Shown: positions 59,247 to 64,000 of the stretch, one piece after another
How positions within the stretch are numbered: position 1 is the stretch's first letter
Layout of the letters: every line of letters begins with the position of its first letter
Assembly (NCBI GenBank): GCA_963707635.1
Contig: OY970173.1
Coordinates: 2,464,001-2,528,000 of the forward strand
From: Candidatus Latescibacterota bacterium
Lineage (GTDB): Bacteria; Krumholzibacteriota; Krumholzibacteriia; WVZY01; JAKEHA01
Direction of reading: 5' to 3'
DNA length: 64,000 bases
Translations under genes and position numbers: made by a program
The notes under the pieces: model-generated
Databases searched by the model: none
The model's input: the letters and a program-made list of their open reading frames with translations, nothing else
Told to the model about the DNA's origin: nothing

Positions 59247-60352
59247 CGGACGACCGCGACTCCGATGCTCGCGCGCGCGCGGCTGCGCTCGGCGCCGCCG
59301 GTGAACTCCAGGTCGAACGTGGCCACGAATACGCCGCCGGGGACGATGCGCCCCTGCGCGTCGCGCCCGTCCCAGGTGATCGAGGCCTGCGGGGCGGGGC
59401 CGGCCAGTGCAACCGCAAACTCGCGGACTTCGCGGCCGTCCACCGAGAAGATCGTGCACGACCCCGAGACATCCTCGAACTCACCGGTGTGCGGGGCGAC
59501 GGTGAACGTCGCCGCCTCCGCGCGATCCGGCGCGAAGGCGCGCGTGTCCACGCGAACCCCGAGCGACTCTTTTCCCTGCGCGAGCGTCGCCTCCGTGCTG
59601 GTCTCGATGGCCGCCACCGCGCGCGGGGAGACGCCCGCGTCCGGACGACCGTCGGCGTCGGCGTCGGCGACGACCGCCAGCACGCGGTCGAGCCGCGCGC
59701 GCGCGAAGCGATCCGCTTCGGGCACGACGCGCGGATCCGGCGCCGCATCGCCGCTGCCGGTGCCCACGCCGCCGGTGATCGCACTCACCAGCCGCACCGG
59801 GCTCTCGAGGGAGAGGCGCGCCCACGGGATCGCCAACTCGAAACCGGCGCGGCCGTCGATGCTGGATTGCACCGCCGCCGGGAGCGTCGCCCGGTCCACC
59901 AGCGCGAACGGGTGGGACGCGTCGACCATCGCGACGCTGGGCGCCGCGTGGGGAGCGGCGAGCGCGATCAGGTTGGGTCGAATGCCGGGAAGGTCGATCG
60001 CCCGCCGAAACGAACCGGCGCCGTCGAGCTCGCTCAACCCGCCCGCCGTGGCGGCGAGGAACACGGCGGCGTATTCGCCGCGCGAACGAAAGTCGACGGC
60101 GAGATACAGGAACTCCGCGTCCCAGGTGAGTGCCACGCGGGCCAGATCGCGGTCGCTGCCCCAGCGTGAATCGGTGTCGCTCTCCGGAAACGTGCTGGTG
60201 GAGTCGAGCACCCACTCGTCCGCCGCGTACTCGTCGAGGACACCGTCGATGGAAATGCGGTCGCGAAGCGAGGTCGCGGTGGTGGGGTGGACCGCGGTGG
60301 GGGCGAGCGAGGCGAGGAGAGCGAGGCAGCCCGCGCGGCGCCGCAGCTTCAC
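59243..60352 (-). CDS. Secreted CBM9/DOMON-like protein with C-terminal FlgD-Ig/T9SS-like domain
   Basis: ISIDGVLDEY, TWDAEFLYLAV, FELAIPW; CTD FAPD...IFSVDGREV...WDGRDAQGRIVPGGVFV. Confidence 0.75.
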   Translation of the reverse strand: MKLRRRAGCLALLASLAPTAVHPTTATSLRDRISIDGVLDEYAADEWVLDSTSTFPESDTDSRWGSDRDLARVALTWDAEFLYLAVDFRSRGEYAAVFLAATAGGLSELDGAGSFRRAIDLPGIRPNLIALAAPHAAPSVAMVDASHPFALVDRATLPAAVQSSIDGRAGFELAIPWARLSLESPVRLVSAITGGVGTGSGDAAPDPRVVPEADRFARARLDRVLAVVADADADGRPDAGVSPRAVAAIETSTEATLAQGKESLGVRVDTRAFAPDRAEAATFTVAPHTGEFEDVSGSCTIFSVDGREVREFAVALAGPAPQASITWDGRDAQGRIVPGGVFVATFDLEFTGGAERSRARASIGVAVVR

Positions 60353-60834
60353 CGGGTCGCTCCCTCTTCGTCCAGTCGCTTGAGGCCCTCGAGGATCAGG
60401 TGGTCGAGCGGGATGTCGATGAACACGTCCTGCGTCTTCGGCTTGCGCCCGTAGGTGAAGCGAAACTTACCCGTGCGCCAGCGGACGACTTCGTACACGA
60501 CTTCCTTGATCTGCTCTTCGATCGCCCGCCGCAGCGTGAGCGCGTCGATGGCCCCCATCTCCACGAGCACCGTCCCCAGCCGCGTCCGCTCTTCCTTCAT
60601 CTCCAGCGCGCGTTCCAGGTGCTCGCGGGTGATGAACCGCTGCGCCACCAGATACTCGCCCAGCTTGACCCGCCGGTTGGTGATCTCCGCGTAGGTCACG
60701 CTCCCCTCGTCGAAAAACACGCGGGCAGTGCTGGGGCCGTGTTCGAGCGCCAGCTCGCCGGTGCTCTGCGCGAGATTGATCAGTTGCAGGACCGAAATGG
60801 GTCCGAAGATCGCGAGATTACCGCGCAAGTCCAC
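60349..60834 (-). CDS. DUF4388 (PatA_N-like) protein with MshEN-like c-di-GMP-binding motifs
   Basis: LRGNL...LQLI...TGEL; KLGEYLVAQRFITREHLERAL and RLGTVLVEMGAI...LRRAIEEQ; W..GKFRF. Confidence 0.82.
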   Translation of the reverse strand: MDLRGNLAIFGPISVLQLINLAQSTGELALEHGPSTARVFFDEGSVTYAEITNRRVKLGEYLVAQRFITREHLERALEMKEERTRLGTVLVEMGAIDALTLRRAIEEQIKEVVYEVVRWRTGKFRFTYGRKPKTQDVFIDIPLDHLILEGLKRLDEEGATR

Positions 60835-60843
60835 TTCGCTACC

Positions 60844-61722
60844 TCACATCGCGCGCCGGGCGCGCCGCCGGTGCATCCACCCCAGACGGGCCTGGGAAAC
60901 GACTATAGACGCAAATCCGAGGCCGAGAAAAGCGAATAGAGCCTCTCGGACCGCGGGCGAGAGACGCGCGCCGCCCGCGCTCGCCATGAGCACGGCAACT
61001 CCTGCCGCCTGCACCACCCCGACCACCTTGCCCGGTATCGTCGCTCGAAACTCGATGCCGCCGGTCGCGAGGAACAGACCCAGCGAGCCCGCCAGCAGCA
61101 TGGCGTAGCGCACGGTCAGGAGGAGGTATAGCCACCCGGGGACGAGATTGTCGACTACAAACACGGTGAAGACGGCGTAGGTGGAAACGACGTCCGCCAC
61201 CGGGTCCATGACGACGCCGAACTCGCTCGGTTCGCGCCGCGCGCGGGCGACGACGCCGTCGGCCACGTCGGTGATCGCGAGCAGCGCGTAGACGGCCAGC
61301 GCCGCCTGGTAGTCGTGCCGGGCGAGCAGCACGACCACCGGGCCGATCAGGACCAATCGAAGCACGGTCAGGGCGTTGGCGGCTCCGAACCGGGAGAGCG
61401 GGTGCGCGTCGCCTCCGGCCGACGGCGAAACGACCAGCGTGATCGCGCTGCACCAGACGAGCGCGGCCGCGAACAGCCCCCCCGCGAGGGTCGCGCCCAC
61501 CATCGTGAGCGCGTCGCGAAGCGGGCCGGGGAAACCCATGCACGACCCGGCGGCGGCAACCGCCGCGAGCGCCAGCGACGCGCGCATGCCGGCGCGAACC
61601 ACGGGGCCGTGCGCCCGGCGCGCCTCGGCCGCGTCGCGCCCGCTCTCGCGGACGAACACGGCGAACGACGCGATCCCCCCGCGTCGGAGCATCGCGGCGC
61701 GGGCGCGGGCTGAGAACATCAT
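60844..61722 (-). CDS. CDP-alcohol phosphatidyltransferase family protein
   Basis: ANALTVLRL, TDVADGVVAR...SEFGVVMDPVAD; multiple TMs. Confidence 0.88.
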   Translation of the reverse strand: MMFSARARAAMLRRGGIASFAVFVRESGRDAAEARRAHGPVVRAGMRASLALAAVAAAGSCMGFPGPLRDALTMVGATLAGGLFAAALVWCSAITLVVSPSAGGDAHPLSRFGAANALTVLRLVLIGPVVVLLARHDYQAALAVYALLAITDVADGVVARARREPSEFGVVMDPVADVVSTYAVFTVFVVDNLVPGWLYLLLTVRYAMLLAGSLGLFLATGGIEFRATIPGKVVGVVQAAGVAVLMASAGGARLSPAVREALFAFLGLGFASIVVSQARLGWMHRRRARRAM

Positions 61723-61758
61723 GCGTGCGTCGCGGGCCGGGCGGGCCGCCGGAGGGTC

Positions 61759-64000
61759 CTAGAGCGCGGCGTGCGCGGCCGCGAGCCTCGCCACCGGCAC
61801 CCGAAAGGGCGAACAACTGACGTAGTCGAGTCCGATCTCGTGCATCAAACGCACGGACGCCGGGTCGCCGCCGTGCTCGCCGCACACCCCCACCTTGAGA
61901 GACGGCTTCGCGCGGCGGCCCTCCTCGGTAGCCAGCCGGACCAGCCGGCCGACGCCATCCACGTCGATGGTCTCGAACGGATCCCGGGACAGGATCCCGG
62001 CGTCGATGTACGCACGAATGAACTTCGGCGAGTCGTCGCGACTGAAGCCGAACGTCATCTGCGTGAGGTCGTTGGTTCCGAAGCTGAAGAAGTCCGACAC
62101 GTCGGCGATCTCCGCCGCCGTGAGCGCCGCCCGTGGCACTTCGATCATGGTGCCCACCGTGTAGTCGATCCGCTCGTGCAGCCCCGCGAGCACCCGCTCC
62201 GCCTCGCGCACGATCAGCGAGCGCAGCCACACGAGCTCCGCGCGCAACCCCACCAGCGGCACCATGATCTCGGGGTGTACAACGGTGCCGCCGGCCCGCA
62301 CCGTACACGCGGCCTCGATGATGGCCCGAACCTGGATTTCGTAGATCTCGGGAAAGGTGATGCCGAGGCGGCACCCGCGGTGGCCGAGCATCGGGTTGAA
62401 CTCGTGGAGCGACTGGATCTTGAGCGTCAGGGCGTGCGCGTCGACACCGATTCGCCGCGCGAGCGCGTCGATTTCCGCCGCCTGGGTGGGGACGAATTCG
62501 TGCAGCGGCGGGTCGAGCAGCCGGATCGTGACCGGAAACCCGTCCATCGCTCGAAAAACGCCGGCGAAGTCCTCGCGCTGCATGGGAAGAATTCGCTCGA
62601 GCGCCTCCAGACGAGCCTCCCGCGTGTCGGCGAGGATCATGCGACGCACCCAGTCGATGCGATCTTCCTGAAAGAACATGTGCTCGGTGCGGCACAGCCC
62701 GATGCCCTCCGCGCCGAAACGGCGCGCCTGCACGGCGTCCGTGGGCGTGTCCGCATTCGCGCGCACCTTGAGCGTGCGGAAGCGATCGACCCAGGTCATG
62801 AAGCGGTCGAAGGTGCGGTCGAGCGTCGCTGCCACGGTCGGAACCTCGCCTGCGTACACCTTGCCGGTGCTACCCTCGACCGTGATGGTGTCTCCCTCGC
62901 GAAACACGCGGCCGTTTGCGCGAAACTCCTCCGCCGCGTAGTCGACGGTGATGCCGGTGCACCCGACCACACAGCACTTCCCCATCCCCCGCGCCACCAC
63001 CGCGGCGTGCGACGTCATGCCGCCGGTGCTGGTGAGGATGGCCCGCGCCACCTTCATGCCGTCGATGTCCTCCGGGGAGGTTTCCGAGCGCACCAGCACC
63101 ACGCGCTCGCCGGCCCCCGCGCGCTCTACCGCGCGCGCTACCGTGAACACCACGCGCCCCGACGCGGCGCCGGGGGACGCGGGCAGCCCCTGCGCCACGG
63201 CGGCGGGGGCGTCCGCGGGGTCGATGGTGGGGTGGAGGAGCTGCTCCAGCTGCTCCGGCGCCACTCGCTGGACGGCGGTGCGCTCGTCGATCAGTCCCTC
63301 GTCCACCATGTCCACCGCGATGCGCACCGCGGCGTGCCCGGTCCGCTTCCCTCCCCGCGTCTGCAACATCCACAGGCGCCCCGACTCGATCGTGAACTCG
63401 ATGTCCTGCATGTCGCGGTAATGGTGTTCCAGGCGCTCGTAGACGTCGACCAGTTGGCCATACAGCGCCGGCATGCGGGCCTCGAGACTCTCCGCCGTGC
63501 CGTTGATCGCCATTGGCGTGCGGGTACCAGCGACCACATCCTCCCCCTGCGCGTTGACGAGATACTCGCCGAAAAAGCGTTTGGCTCCGGTGGACGGATC
63601 GCGTGTGAAGGCGACTCCGGTCGCGCAGTCGTCACCCATGTTGCCGAACACCATTGCCTGGACGGTGACGGCCGTGCCCCAGTGGTCGGGGTAGCCGTGC
63701 ATGGCGCGGTAGGAGACGGCGCGGGGGGAATTCCAGGAGCGGAACACCGCTGCGATCGCGCCCCAGAGCTGCTGATGGGGATCCTGCGGGAAGTCCGCGC
63801 CGGTGGCGGCGCGGACGATCTCGCGCTGCTCGCGCACCAGATCCTCCAGCACGTCGGCGCGCAGCTCGTGGTCCGCGTCCGCGCGGGCCGCGACGCGACG
63901 CGACGTCAGCGCGTGCTCGAATCGCTCGGAGGGGATCCCGAGGACGACGTCGCCGTACATCTGGATGAGGCGGCGATAACTGTCGAGCGCGAAGCGGGGG
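61759..64000 (-). CDS. ppdK: Pyruvate, phosphate dikinase (5' part outside window)
   Basis: QAMVFGNMG, GEDVVAG, GGMTSHAAVVAR, GLCRTEHMF, NPMLGHRGCRL, FSFGTNDLTQ, CGEHGGDP. Confidence 0.97.
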   Translation of the reverse strand, partial: PRFALDSYRRLIQMYGDVVLGIPSERFEHALTSRRVAARADADHELRADVLEDLVREQREIVRAATGADFPQDPHQQLWGAIAAVFRSWNSPRAVSYRAMHGYPDHWGTAVTVQAMVFGNMGDDCATGVAFTRDPSTGAKRFFGEYLVNAQGEDVVAGTRTPMAINGTAESLEARMPALYGQLVDVYERLEHHYRDMQDIEFTIESGRLWMLQTRGGKRTGHAAVRIAVDMVDEGLIDERTAVQRVAPEQLEQLLHPTIDPADAPAAVAQGLPASPGAASGRVVFTVARAVERAGAGERVVLVRSETSPEDIDGMKVARAILTSTGGMTSHAAVVARGMGKCCVVGCTGITVDYAAEEFRANGRVFREGDTITVEGSTGKVYAGEVPTVAATLDRTFDRFMTWVDRFRTLKVRANADTPTDAVQARRFGAEGIGLCRTEHMFFQEDRIDWVRRMILADTREARLEALERILPMQREDFAGVFRAMDGFPVTIRLLDPPLHEFVPTQAAEIDALARRIGVDAHALTLKIQSLHEFNPMLGHRGCRLGITFPEIYEIQVRAIIEAACTVRAGGTVVHPEIMVPLVGLRAELVWLRSLIVREAERVLAGLHERIDYTVGTMIEVPRAALTAAEIADVSDFFSFGTNDLTQMTFGFSRDDSPKFIRAYIDAGILSRDPFETIDVDGVGRLVRLATEEGRRAKPSLKVGVCGEHGGDPASVRLMHEIGLDYVSCSPFRVPVARLAAAHAAL

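Overview
A very GC-rich (about 70% by eye), gene-dense window from a diderm bacterium. Almost all genes are on the minus strand. The gene content (FlgD-Ig/T9SS-type C-terminal domains, PorV-like barrels, OmpA with TSP3 repeats, DUF1844) suggests an FCB-group lineage such as Krumholzibacteriota, Latescibacterota or Eisenbacteria; this is inference. The left third is mostly housekeeping: a PAS histidine kinase, a GAF-GAF pseudo-kinase, ppx-sixA-CHAD-ppk1, galE, uvrA, mazG, ompA, two XRE-cupin regulators, LPS core genes, tsaC, purE, purD and an aminotransferase. The centre (27.6-53.8 kb) is the most unusual part and reads as one co-oriented locus behind a sigma54-like promoter. It encodes a ~4,800-aa Ig-repeat surface protein with a secretion-type CTD (split by probable sequencing indels), a PorV-like barrel fused to TPRs, and a ~1,420-aa membrane protein. 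That protein joins an RsbW-type kinase, periplasmic sensor, HAMP, PP2C phosphatase, transposase-like tandem HTH and three STAS domains. An orphan ParA with an RHH-like partner, a TPR protein, two free STAS proteins and a VWA membrane protein follow. The right part holds an exported CBM48/barrel cluster (candidate non-Sus alpha-glucan capture system), a DUF4388-MshEN protein, a CDP-alcohol transferase and partial ppdK. Three CTD-bearing cargo genes are each directly followed by a PorV-like barrel gene. I recognised no rRNA, tRNA, CRISPR array or intact mobile element. All domain calls come from motif recognition by eye; no searches were run.
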